Shown piece by piece: positions 33,349-42,969 of a stretch of 64,000 bases of DNA; position 1 is the stretch's first letter, and every line of letters starts with the position of its first letter. A model generated the notes under the pieces. It had not been told where the DNA came from and searched no databases. It was given only the letters and a program-made list of their open reading frames with translations. The translations under genes were made by a program, and so were the position numbers. Source of the DNA: an uncultured Verrucomicrobiae bacterium. GTDB taxonomy: Bacteria > Verrucomicrobiota > Verrucomicrobiia > Chthoniobacterales > JAFAMB01. The stretch covers positions 320,001 through 384,000 of the forward strand of contig CAWAIK010000001.1 in assembly GCA_963782115.1 (NCBI GenBank), in the 5' to 3' direction.

Positions 33349-33795
33349 ATGAGAGCCCAACGACTTCAATATCTGTTCTTTGCAGTGATCTGTTGTTGGC
33401 TTGAAGCGACCGCAGTTCATGCAATCGAGGTTTCATCCCCCATCGGACTCTGGAAGGGTGATGAGGCTACCTTTGAGATGTTCGAAAGCGCTGGCAAACT
33501 CAGTGCCAAGATCGTGGCTTTGAGCGAACCGAAGACCAGCGAAGGGAAAGACAAAACCGACGTCCACAATCCAGATCCAACGAAACGCAAACATCCAATC
33601 ATCGGGCTGCTCTTTATTTCTGGCTTTGCGAAGAAAAGCGACACGCGCTGGGATAACGGCACGATTTATGATCCGCACGATGGAAAAAGCTATTCCTGTT
33701 CAATGGATCTGCAGGGATCAAACAAGATCAGGGTCCGTGGATTTATCGGTGTCGATCTACTTGGACGAAATTACATTTGGAGCCGGGTGAACTAG
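33349..33795 (+). CDS. DUF2147-domain secreted protein
   Basis: Signal peptide; D.HNPDP..R.PIIGL, W..GTIYDP.DGKSY, VRGFIG..LLGR...W.R. Confidence 0.9.
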   Translation: MRAQRLQYLFFAVICCWLEATAVHAIEVSSPIGLWKGDEATFEMFESAGKLSAKIVALSEPKTSEGKDKTDVHNPDPTKRKHPIIGLLFISGFAKKSDTRWDNGTIYDPHDGKSYSCSMDLQGSNKIRVRGFIGVDLLGRNYIWSRVN

Positions 33796-34001
33796 GGCAT
33801 CCATTAGCGAATGAAGGTACAATCGTTGCGGGCAGAAACGCGGTGACGGACGGCCTGTTTGTAGAAGCCAAGGAAGGAATTGCGGGCTTCTTTATCATTC
33901 GAGCGTACAGTCTTGAACAAGCGGTGGAGATAGCCAAAGGCTGCCCCGGTCTCGACTGCGGTCAAACTGTTGAAGTAAGGGCCGATTTTTTTGAACGATA
34001 A
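33796..34001 (+). pseudogene. YciI/DGPF-domain C-terminal fragment
   Basis: VTDGLFVEAKEGIAGFFII.A.SLEQAVEIAKGCP....TVEVR. Confidence 0.7.
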
Positions 34002-34394
34002 AATCCTGGACTGGCGGCAGAACCTTCCAAAGCTGGGTTAAAGTCGATTGCAGCAATCCGCAATCCTATGATCGCAAAATCGCCAAGAAGATGCTACAGC
34101 AAAGCCCCGATGGATAGACCATTGTTTCTATTTAAGCCAGGATGTCTTGAGGGTATATCGAAGCGCCAAATATTATGAAATTTCCAGACTTCTCTCTGTT
34201 CAGTGCTAACACTTGTTGCGAAACTCCCGAACCCTGGTCGATTTGCGACAAATCCAAACATCATTTGATCTCAAAGTGCATACTGTTGATTCCCCTCCGG
34301 TCACCGGGCGACCAGCTTCAAATCGCGGTGTTTCCGTTCATGTGCGAATAAGTCACCCGATTTGCTAGATTTGCATATTCTTAATAAGCAAAGT

Positions 34395-34565
34395 ATGACC
34401 CTCAAAGAGATCCTTGCAGATCCAAGCATATCCTCCTGGCTTAAAGATGCCATCAAAACGGCGTATGAGCAGGACTCCCTTGACGCGCTGCGCGATGCTC
34501 GCCGGTTGCTCAAAATGCTTGGCGAACGGTACACACAAGTAGTTAACCGAAGTCTTTCGCAGTGA
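34395..34565 (+). CDS. Small hypothetical protein
   Basis: MTLKEILADPSISSWLKDAI...D.LDALRDA..L. Confidence 0.5.
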   Translation: MTLKEILADPSISSWLKDAIKTAYEQDSLDALRDARRLLKMLGERYTQVVNRSLSQ

Positions 34566-34842
34566 CGTTTTTGCATTGACGCTGGAGTCTGTTCGGTCTC
34601 TCTGCGAGCACTGCAAGATCTGCTCGACGACGCTTCCAAGGAACTTAAAAAGGCCAAAGAAGACGATTTCCCGAAACATGTCGCCATCATATCAGATTGT
34701 GCCCCCGACGCCAAACACCAACCAGAGTGGAAATGGGCCGATACGATCAAGTTCCACCGCCCTACGCTTTTATTCTGGCGCATCACTACCGGAATCGGGA
34801 TCGATCAGGTTCGGCGCGCCTCCGACACCGTGGACCTAAAAA

Positions 34843-34924
34843 ATTCAGAGATTCCGCGGAACAATGGGGTGACAGCTCAGATCTGAGTCAGTCGGGATTC
34901 CGGACCAGGATCTGCGAGGAACGT
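34843..34924. repeat. ~82-bp direct repeat, copy 1 (copy 2 at 35408-35490)
   Basis: ATTCAGA.ATTCCGC.GAACAATGGGGTGA...ATCTGAGTCA.TCGGGAT...GGATCTGCGAGGAACGT at both loci. Confidence 0.85.
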
Positions 34925-35160
34925 GCTCCCGGGGAGTTCGCGCGGTGAAATTTCGAAATTTGTCCCAGGGGATCATGAACTAGCTCCAGGAAATGAATCG
35001 ATGTCGATATCCCACTAATCGGGGCATTGCTCAAGGTCCGATGTCAGACCGTCTTTATCGGCACCCCTCGCTTAATTCAAAGTTGGCACAGGGCTGACGA
35101 TCAGCGGAGATTTTCGAGTGAAAAGGGCTGACGAAAATGCGCGTAAACTGTGATCAGCCT

Positions 35161-35307
35161 TTACCGGATATCTCCTTCTCCGGGAGTTCTAGGTCGGTTT
35201 GAAGCAGGTGGAGCAGGCGGTGGTACCGGATGATCAGCGCAAGAACAAAGCAAGGCGGATGAGCTCACTAGAAAAATCGCTGCACAGAAAGCTAGAGCTT
35301 TTTTCAT
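35161..35307 (-). CDS. Small Pro-rich lipoprotein
   Basis: MKKALAF...LLCSC lipobox followed by PVPPPAPP. Confidence 0.5.
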   Translation of the reverse strand: MKKALAFCAAIFLVSSSALLCSCADHPVPPPAPPASNRPRTPGEGDIR

Positions 35308-36035
35308 GCGTGCCATTCGTTGTAAAAGTTTCTTCTGGATCTGCAAAGGCGGTTTCGATCCTCGGCCCGACCATTCTTGAGCGTGTATCCCGCAGATTCT
35401 CTTAAGGATTCAGACATTCCGCCGAACAATGGGGTGATGGCTCAATATCTGAGTCAATCGGGATCTCGTGCCGGGATCTGCGAGGAACGTCATAAGATTG
35501 ACGACGTGAACGTCTTGGGACGCTGGATTAAATGGGGCCGGTTGGCTATATGTCAGTCGGCCGCCGTTCAGCAAGCAAATCCACGAGCTGAAACGCGGAC
35601 AGGCATAGGTTTATTCGAGAGAACGGCGCAAAGGAGTGACCCAAAACGAAAACCGCTTCCGGATCCGGTAGCTGTCAATCGAGCCCAGATTTCTAATGCC
35701 AGGTCAGAGGGCTTCCAGGTTCGTTCCAGAGTCCACCAATGCTTCAATCGCTCAATTGGTCTTGAGTCTTCGGTCAAAACAACAATGTCGAGTTCTTTAA
35801 TCATGTTGGGACGGTGATTTCGCGAGAAAATCCGGCGGCGGTTCAGTCCGGGGCGGGGGAGCCGTTACCGTAGGAGTGACCGGGCGGATAGATTGAGAAA
35901 TAGCGTAGACCCTCTTTCTTGGTGACTAAGGCAAAATAATCGTTATAGGTTTCACAAGAGTTTTGATGACCTATCATTTGAGCCGTTTTTCCGCAGTCTC
36001 CGAAAGCGGCCAAGTGGTACGCGTCAAAGGGAAAA

Positions 36036-36120
36036 GCCGATGTGGCGGAATGGCAGACGCAACGGACTTAAAATCCGTTGACCCGAAAGGGTCGTGCGGG
36101 TTCGAGTCCCGCCATCGGCA
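36036..36120 (+). tRNA. tRNA-Leu(TAA)
   Basis: Full cloverleaf: acceptor GCCGATG/CATCGGC, anticodon arm ACGGA-CTTAAAA-TCCGT, long variable arm, GGTTCGAGTCC; CCA not encoded. Confidence 0.97.
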
Positions 36121-36229
36121 TACCTCATATGTTCCTAAAAATCAAGAGGTTGTATCCTCAAATCCCATGCTTCTTGACGATTTAGGCCCCTCGCAATGTG
36201 CGGCAGTTAGCAAGGCATTGACAATCTAT

Positions 36230-36640
36230 TGACGCTCTGCGAGGGTCGATGTTGTGGGACTCCGGTATCTGGAAGAGCTTGGACATCTGACGATTGCGCA
36301 AATACATAGTCTGAAGGTCCGGCCCTATCCCTTCTCGAAGACCAGCCCCTGGTGTATCACGGGACTCCGAAACAAGCATAATTACGAGTGTGTTATGCAG
36401 CCCCCTCGCTATCGGGGATGTCTATCATGATTAGCACCCGTTGCAGCTCTTCAAGGCCAAGCTGGGTCTGATATCCAAGGCCGACACATCCTTCCAGATT
36501 CAGCACTTCCCGTTCTCCTTTGAACTCCCCGTCCGCCATCCTTGTCGAGGCCGATTTACCCGCTACATAGCTCAGCTCGCTCTTCTTCCCCTCACCCTGG
36601 ATCGCGTTAACCCTGATCCGTACGTCCCCACTTGATCATA
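36230..36640 (-). pseudogene. Possible degraded relaxase N-terminus
   Basis: Fragments MIKWGR...LSYVAGK...LQTMYLRNRQ in several frames; lies downstream of mobilisation-like genes. Confidence 0.3.
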
Positions 36641-36773
36641 ATCCCGGTCATTTCGACTCCATTACCCACGTCGTTCGTCTTGGCTCACCCTTCACCTTCA
36701 CTTCGACACTTTTTTAGCTACCTTTTTTTATCAGGCGTCTCCCCTATCGCTTCGTGCTAGGCGAGCCGCGGAA

Positions 36774-36863
36774 TGGAAATAACTGGAAAGATTCCGGGCT
36801 TTTTGTTTCCAATCCTTTCCATCTATTTCCAGTGTGCCCTGGATGATTGGAAATAAATGGAAA
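36774..36863. promoter_or_regulatory. Array of seven TGGAAA boxes with 10-bp phasing (iteron/oriT-like)
   Basis: TGGAAA at 36774, 36784, 36848, 36858; TTTCCA at 36806, 36816, 36826. Confidence 0.6.
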
Positions 36864-36933
36864 CTTTAGACCGGATCTGGTTTGCGTAACCACTGAGAAT
36901 AGCGGCACTTAGCAACGCTGGTTTTGCGGTTGC

Positions 36934-37518
36934 TCAAAGTATTTTCTCAAGCCAGGTGATCAGCCCGGCAAAAACCGGATAACTGACCATACCCATTAGG
37001 TAGACCCCGATGATCGCCACCAGCAGCCACCTCCCGCTAATGGAGATGATCGATTCAGCGGCGGCCCGGATTGCATTGGTTTCGTCGCTGATCCGCGCGA
37101 GGAACTTTTCGCGGGCCGCGGCCTCGCTTTCCCGCATCTTGCTAACCAATACTCGCAACTCACGTTGGAATTCGGCAAGGCAAACGACCTGGTCGTGGAT
37201 GTCCGCAGCGTCTTTCGTGATTGTGCTTGCGGAGTTATTCAGAAGTGATCGGCTAGAAACGATCACCTCGGTTATGTGCTCTAACTCCATCGCGAGAGCT
37301 TTTCTGAGCTGCTCAGGAGCGCATTTCAGGATGCGCGCATGAGCCTGGAGCAGAACAGTGAACTGAACGCTAAAACCGCCTGGGTCGCCCTGCGCAAACG
37401 TGTAGAAGGCTTCATGGACTGCCTTGCGCTCAGCATCGGTAACGCACCCCTTCAGAAGGATTCCCAACTCGGGCTTCTCCGGCAGTTGGTTGGACTCGAG
37501 CAACATCCGGTCGATCAT
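36934..37518 (-). CDS. Coiled-coil protein with C-terminal TM helix (TraM-like position)
   Basis: Start overlaps the stop of the upstream ATPase (ATGA); C-terminal hydrophobic segment. Confidence 0.65.
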   Translation of the reverse strand: MIDRMLLESNQLPEKPELGILLKGCVTDAERKAVHEAFYTFAQGDPGGFSVQFTVLLQAHARILKCAPEQLRKALAMELEHITEVIVSSRSLLNNSASTITKDAADIHDQVVCLAEFQRELRVLVSKMRESEAAAREKFLARISDETNAIRAAAESIISISGRWLLVAIIGVYLMGMVSYPVFAGLITWLEKIL

Positions 37519-38354
37519 ACGGTGAGTAGGAATGGATCGCTCAGCGGGTCTTGTGTTTCTGTTCGGGGTCCGACAAGCCGAGACACCTTGTTTTTAACGA
37601 GGTTGATATCCGGGAGAACTTGACTGGCATAATCTTCAAACTGAACGAGAAACCGATCCCGCAAGAATCCAAGCTCATACCGGCTAAGCTCATGCAATTC
37701 TTTCTGTTGGCATGCTTCCGCCAGGGGCAGGTAACGCTTGAGTTTGCGCTCCAAGGCTTCCCAAGCGTTCATGGTAAGGGCAGTTATTGCCGGTATTCGT
37801 AGGGTCGGCGTCGAACGCTGTGCCAACCAGGCGCTCAGTGCCGTCCTCTTGAATTCATCACTTTTGAATTTAGCCGGATTCTCGACCAGCAAATAGTCAA
37901 CGTCGTCGCCAAAAAAGCGGACCGTCTTGGCGGCCGATTCTTTCGCTGTTGGATCGTCGGCGGCAAACACGAGCAACGTTGGCCGAATGCCTGATTGTTC
38001 GAAGAATTCGACGAGCTTAAAATGCCTCGCCGCGGACAACAGAAAGTCTGTCGCCTGTGCAGGGAAATCTACAATGATTAGCGGGAAGGCTGGTAATTCA
38101 TTAAGCATCCGCGCGAAGCCATCGAAAGTCTTTGTCGCGTCGAATATCGCCGAATCTTCCGGATACCTGCGGGAGAGAGTTTGATGCTGGCTGTCTGCGT
38201 CGACCGCAGCGAAGTCAATGCCTGCGTAACGCATCCAGGTTATTAGACCCTCGGCAACGGTCGATTTTCCGACTCTACCCGTGCTTTGGGTACATGTGAT
38301 GAAGCGGCGCGAAATTGCACCAGCCTTATTGATTGATTCTTCTTGTTTGCTCAT
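37515..38354 (-). CDS. ParA/TraL/StbB-like P-loop NTPase
   Basis: Deviant Walker A STGRVGKST, VDAD...TL and IIVDFPA. Confidence 0.75.
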   Translation of the reverse strand: MSKQEESINKAGAISRRFITCTQSTGRVGKSTVAEGLITWMRYAGIDFAAVDADSQHQTLSRRYPEDSAIFDATKTFDGFARMLNELPAFPLIIVDFPAQATDFLLSAARHFKLVEFFEQSGIRPTLLVFAADDPTAKESAAKTVRFFGDDVDYLLVENPAKFKSDEFKRTALSAWLAQRSTPTLRIPAITALTMNAWEALERKLKRYLPLAEACQQKELHELSRYELGFLRDRFLVQFEDYASQVLPDINLVKNKVSRLVGPRTETQDPLSDPFLLTV

Positions 38355-38799
38355 ACTTCTTCTTGAGATTTGCGAATGGATCGTTGACCGAATTTTCGAC
38401 TAACAAAGGATCCTCGTTTGCTTCCGGGTTACGCTGAAGGCCTGCTAATGGTGACATAAACGTTGCCAACCGATCCGATGTATTAGCATCTGGCTTTGAT
38501 CGAACGACAGTGCTTATGGTAGCATCGGTGAATCCAATCGGTACACGGCCGATGGCGGCTCGCTTGAAAAATTTGAAAACCGTTGCCGCGGTGGTTTCCA
38601 CCCCGTGGGATTCTTTAAGGTGTAAAGCGATCGCCGCCCATGTTTGGCGCTTCCTGCGAAGCTTTCGGATTGTCTCCAGATGCGTCCATAGTAGGCTCTG
38701 ATAGGGCTTCGGGTGAGTCCGCGGTATTCGCTTTGCGGGCGCTCTGCGCTCGCAAATGCGTGCCTCATTGGGCGACTGTGTCTGGTTAGGAAACGCCAC
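38326..38799 (-). CDS. Putative DNA-binding protein (TraK/StbA-like)
   Basis: HTH-like core TIRKLRRKRQTWAAIALHL...G.....TVFKFFKR with disordered tail; overlaps the ATPase start. Confidence 0.55.
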   Translation of the reverse strand: MAFPNQTQSPNEARICERRAPAKRIPRTHPKPYQSLLWTHLETIRKLRRKRQTWAAIALHLKESHGVETTAATVFKFFKRAAIGRVPIGFTDATISTVVRSKPDANTSDRLATFMSPLAGLQRNPEANEDPLLVENSVNDPFANLKKKYEQTRRINQ

Positions 38800-38805
38800 C
38801 GGGAA

Positions 38806-39030
38806 CTAGGGTTTGTTATTCACAGGCGTGGTTGCGCTGGCATCGAGCCATTGTTGCAGATCCGATGGAAGAATACGAATCAACCTCGCCGAGAGCCGGC
38901 GAGCTCGAAGTCGGCCGGCGGCAATCTCATTTCTAACGAAGCGAGGTGTAGCATCTAGATACTCTGCCAGCTGGTCTACTGTGCATGGTTTGGAAACGAC
39001 TGGATCGGTAAGAGGTGAAATAGTTCTCAT
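38806..39030 (-). CDS. Excisionase-like HTH protein
   Basis: TVDQLAEYL.....VRNEI..GRL.A.RL....IRI...DL..WL. Confidence 0.8.
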   Translation of the reverse strand: MRTISPLTDPVVSKPCTVDQLAEYLDATPRFVRNEIAAGRLRARRLSARLIRILPSDLQQWLDASATTPVNNKP

Positions 39031-39364
39031 AGGAAAATTTTGGGGCTTACTATACCAGGTCGCGTTTGACTGCTTTTTTGACCGAAAACCGCAACCGTTA
39101 TGTTCTCTTGTGGACCGCTCTGAACCGTCCTGAGTATTTATTTCCTGGAGGTTTTTGGACCATTTTTGCCCGATTGATGCAGAAAGCGTGTCAAGTGGAA
39201 TTTTCAATTGCCGAGTGATTGCATGATGAACAGGAAGCACTCGATTCGAGGGTTAGGTGAGTTGACGCGCTTGCAGGGAACTGACTGGAACCGATAGCCA
39301 GTAATAGGCCTGCCCTTGTCGTTTCCCAAATTGGCTTGCACAAAAAGGAATAGTATGACATTTT

Positions 39365-39688
39365 GTGCGTGTGCGGATCGTGACTGCTGGCAGGATCAAG
39401 GAATGGTCCAAAGTGCATCCCGAAATTACTGCTCAGCTTTTGCGCTGGTTGGCCGTGATGGAACATTTGACCGATTGCCGCTCGTTTAATGACTTGCGTG
39501 AAGTATTTAATAGCGTGGATCGAGTAATCACCAAAAGGGCGAACGCTGTTTGCGTTTTTAATCTTGGCCACGGGAAGAGCGCTTATCGCTTGATTGCGGC
39601 AATTCATTTCAACACGCAGACCGTCTTTGTCCTACGGTTGCTGACTCATGCAGAATACGACAAGCAAGAATGGAAAAGCGAATTATGA
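39365..39688 (+). CDS. higB: HigB-family toxin
   Basis: F.DLR.VFNSVD.V, VFNLG...YRLIAAIHF....VFV...LTHAEYD...WK. Confidence 0.9.
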   Translation: MRVRIVTAGRIKEWSKVHPEITAQLLRWLAVMEHLTDCRSFNDLREVFNSVDRVITKRANAVCVFNLGHGKSAYRLIAAIHFNTQTVFVLRLLTHAEYDKQEWKSEL

Positions 39689-40116
39689 AGACGTCCGAAA
39701 CTAAGTTGCCTGAGACGGCACCCGAAAGCTTCGAGCAACTGTGCGGTATCTTATTGCCTCGACCGGTTCATGATGAAGCTGAGAACAGGGAGATGATCCG
39801 CGTGATGGATTGGATCGCTGTCCGGGCTCATAACCAGGATCAGTTCGATTATGCAAAGATGCTTGGGAGCTTGGTAACCGAATACGAGGTTTCCCAGAAG
39901 CGGAGAACGAAACCGCAGTTAGCCGGCCTTGAACTGCTTAAGGCCGTTACCGAATCCAGCGGCATGACTCAAGCCGAGCTCGCCAAAGTCCTGGATATCG
40001 AGCAAGGGACAGTGTCCAAAATCATGTCTGGCGCGCGCTCGATCACCCTGGATCATGCCAAGCGTCTAGCGCGCCGTTTCAAGATGCGGCCGGAGGCGTT
40101 CTTGGATCTCGATTGA
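39685..40116 (+). CDS. higA: HigA-family antitoxin (XRE HTH)
   Basis: PRPVHDE, LV.EYE, GMTQAELA.....GTVSKIMSG.R.IT.DH...LA.RF; ATGA overlap with the toxin. Confidence 0.9.
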   Translation: MKTSETKLPETAPESFEQLCGILLPRPVHDEAENREMIRVMDWIAVRAHNQDQFDYAKMLGSLVTEYEVSQKRRTKPQLAGLELLKAVTESSGMTQAELAKVLDIEQGTVSKIMSGARSITLDHAKRLARRFKMRPEAFLDLD

Positions 40117-40249
40117 TTGACAAGCTCTTTTTTTGATCACCCGTGTAAACGTTCGAATAACTCGCTCGTACGGGTTTAGCCTATGAATGAACGAATCGTC
40201 CGCCGCGAATATCTGTCACGGCAAGCCAGTGATTGGCGGAACGGGAATG

Positions 40250-40345
40250 CCGGGTGGCTCGGGTAATGGGAAGCCTCACGGGCGGAATGAGCTTCGAGGA
40301 AGTTCAGCGCGAATATTATCTGGGCATCGAGGATGTTCTTGAAGA
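40250..40345 (+). pseudogene. DUF433-family fragment
   Basis: VARVMGSLTGGMSFEEVQREY.L..EDV. Confidence 0.55.
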
Positions 40346-40606
40346 AACCGAGAGGAGGTCGAGTCCGGTGAGGCTACTTTCTCGGATTGGGAAAAAGCCA
40401 AAATCTCAGTCCGTGATAGGCTCAAATGAGGATTGAGATCCTTTCCGATTTTATCGGTTTGAAAAGGGTGCTCAAAAAGGGAGAGGTCAAATGTCCCCCT
40501 CCGGGGGAATTTTTTCCGCTGTGGTTGCTGATTTCAGAGACGAAAAAAGTTAGCGGCGATCGCAAAGTCAAGACGCCCCCGCTTCATGCTTTACTGCAAG
40601 ACTTAG

Positions 40607-40632
40607 TGTGTGATAACGTCCTTTATCACACA
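40607..40632. promoter_or_regulatory. dif-like / tyrosine-recombinase-type palindrome
   Basis: TGTGTGATAA-CGTCCT-TTATCACACA: perfect 10-bp arms with a 6-bp spacer. Confidence 0.5.
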
Positions 40633-40778
40633 TCAGCCTCGGCACTCTTATGGCGGCACAACTAGTCTAGTAGAGGCCTACCGTGGATCCGAGCTTTCAT
40701 TTTTCGAAGTTGCGGGCTGCCCGGGCGCGACGCCGCGCATCCCACAAACCAATTGATGGAAGGCGGACGGGTTGTCGA

Positions 40779-40866
40779 TTGCAGTTAAATCGTAGACCAG
40801 AAATGGGCTCCTCTCCCTCGGAGTCTACGATTTAATTGCAAAACAAATTGTAGGTAAATCGTAGAC
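40779..40866. repeat. Three 19-bp repeats (direct, inverted, direct)
   Basis: TTGCAGTTAAATCGTAGAC (40779), inverted GTCTACGATTTAATTGCAA (40823), TTGTAGGTAAATCGTAGAC (40848). Confidence 0.8.
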
Positions 40867-41188
40867 CATTTGGACCCCTCGATCGAGCCTTCTTTGCCGC
40901 GACCATCGCTTTGATGAATCCAAGGACATAACCCCGTCATGCTGGCCAGTTCCTTGGCAAAATTGCTTCCAAATGCCGGTTTCGATGGTTCAATTTGGCC
41001 AGAAATGCCGATTCTTGCTCTTATGGAATGCCGGCTGTAACAGACTCCAGAAGCATCTCAGTTGAACAAGTGAATCCAAATGGGCATGCACTTTCCTACA
41101 GCCCTTTGATGACAAATCCCATTGAACATATAATATGAATGTTTGTTCACTTCAGGTCATGACAACCCCACACTAAGAGCAGAGAAAG

Positions 41189-41917
41189 ATGGCAAAGGAA
41201 TTAGAAGGTAAGGTCGCCGCTGTCACCGGCGGGGCTTCGGGCATCGGACTGGCCAGCACCGAAGCGATGCTTGCGGCTGGCGCGCGCGTGGTGCTGGTCG
41301 ACCGCGATGAGGCGGCACTAACGGCACTCCACGAAAAGCACGGCGACGCGGTGATTCCGCTGGTCATCGATCTGCTTGATGCGAAGAGCTGCGCGACGCT
41401 GATGTCGCAGATCCTGGAAAAGGCAGGCCAGCTCGATATCCTGCACGCCAATGCCGGTATTTATATCGGCGGCGACTTGGTCGATGCCAACACGGATGCG
41501 ATCGACAGGATGCTGAACCTTAACGTCAATGTGGTGATGAAAAACGTCCACGATGTCCTGCCGCATATGATCGAGCGTGGTACGGGCGACATCGTGGTGA
41601 CGAGTTCGTTAGCGGCTCACTTTCCCACGCCCTGGGAGCCGGTCTATGCGTCGTCCAAATGGGCTATAAACTGCTTCGTCCAGACTGTACGCCGCCAGGT
41701 TTTCAAGCACGGCATCCGCGTTGGCTCGATCTCGCCCGGTCCCGTCATCAGCGCGCTTCTCGCCGACTGGCCGGAGGAGAAATTGAAGGAGGCAAAGGAA
41801 GCAGGCAGCTTGCTCGAAGCGAGCGAGGTGGCCAATGTGGTGATGTTCATGTTGACACGGCCACGCGGGATGACCATTCGCGACGTGGTCATGCTGCCCA
41901 CCAATTTTGATCTCTGA
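41189..41917 (+). CDS. SDR oxidoreductase, ribitol 2-dehydrogenase-like
   Basis: TGGASGIG, HANAG.YIGG, WEPVYASSKWA, PGPV..ALL.DW. Confidence 0.9.
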   Translation: MAKELEGKVAAVTGGASGIGLASTEAMLAAGARVVLVDRDEAALTALHEKHGDAVIPLVIDLLDAKSCATLMSQILEKAGQLDILHANAGIYIGGDLVDANTDAIDRMLNLNVNVVMKNVHDVLPHMIERGTGDIVVTSSLAAHFPTPWEPVYASSKWAINCFVQTVRRQVFKHGIRVGSISPGPVISALLADWPEEKLKEAKEAGSLLEASEVANVVMFMLTRPRGMTIRDVVMLPTNFDL

Positions 41918-42123
41918 CTGTCTTTAAGGTTCGAAATCGCAAAGAACGAGCAAGTTTTTAGGCGGCTTTTGCAAGGAGGCGAGCGTTTTCGAGCATGTGC
42001 TGGATTTCTTGATCGACGCGGTGGAGGGCGGCGCGCAACGGGTGAGGAATGGAGGAGGGTTTTCGGGCAGCGGGCACACTGCGGCGGGCAACGGTAGCGT
42101 AACAGGTCGTATGATGGACCCGG

Positions 42124-42458
42124 TGTCGCGATGCCCTTTATTACTGGAATCCTAGGCTTCTGTCTCTCGAGGAGAGTCCACTGATAAAGGGCAACGGGGT
42201 GGTGTCGTTTACCTGTGGAATGCGGCCCTTAATCGGTGGACGGAGTGTCACGCCGTTTTGTTGACGCTCTGTAGCGGGCGAAACCCGATTTTCATGGCGC
42301 TTTACCTTTTCAAGTGGCCATTTCTGTGCGCGCGGAGCCCACAGATAAGCAGCACCAAATTCCATTAATTAAGGTCAGCAAAAATGTTGAATTCCACGCA
42401 TTAAAAGCAATTTTCAGGGTCGCGGTTGCAAATTCCACTAATAAAGGGCATCGCGACA
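42124..42458. mobile_element. 335-bp non-autonomous TnsB-type (Tn7/Tn5053-like) mini-transposon
   Basis: 27-bp terminal inverted repeats beginning TGTCGCGA with one mismatch; seven 19-bp subterminal repeats; no convincing ORF. Confidence 0.8.
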
Positions 42459-42965
42459 CTGGCGCTTTGCGCTGGCCGCGTGGTGGCGATGACCGTGGCA
42501 CCCACCATTCGGGCTACCTGGAACGCCGCAAGACCCACGCTGCTGGATGCCGCCGTGACGATCACGGTATCGCCTGCGCCGAGCTTGGCCTGCTCGACGA
42601 GCGCTCCCCACGCGGTGACATACTGCATCCAGACCGAAGCGGCCTCGTCGAACGACAGGGCTTCGGGATGCTTCACGACCAAACGCGCCGGCACATTGAC
42701 AAGTTCGCTAGGTCCCCCAACGCGCGATATCGAGCGCGGGAATGACGCTGACCACATCACCCGTCTTGAATGCGGAAACCGCGGCGCCGAACGCATGGAC
42801 GACACCCGCCGCCTCGTAGCCGAGACCACTCGGGAAGGTGGCTTCCTGGAGATAGGCGTGGTTGCGGAACATCACTTCGGCGCGATTGATCCCGATGGCT
42901 TTGACCGCGATCTGGACTTCGTCGTCAGCGGGCGCTGGCACCTCGATGTCCTCGATTTTGAGAAC
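42459..42965 (-). pseudogene. MDR/quinone oxidoreductase fragment
   Basis: EVQIAVKAIGINRAE, LGYEAAG, VTAASSSVGLAAFQ; internal deletion with frameshift; ends at the mini-transposon. Confidence 0.8.
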
Positions 42966-42969
42966 GCTG

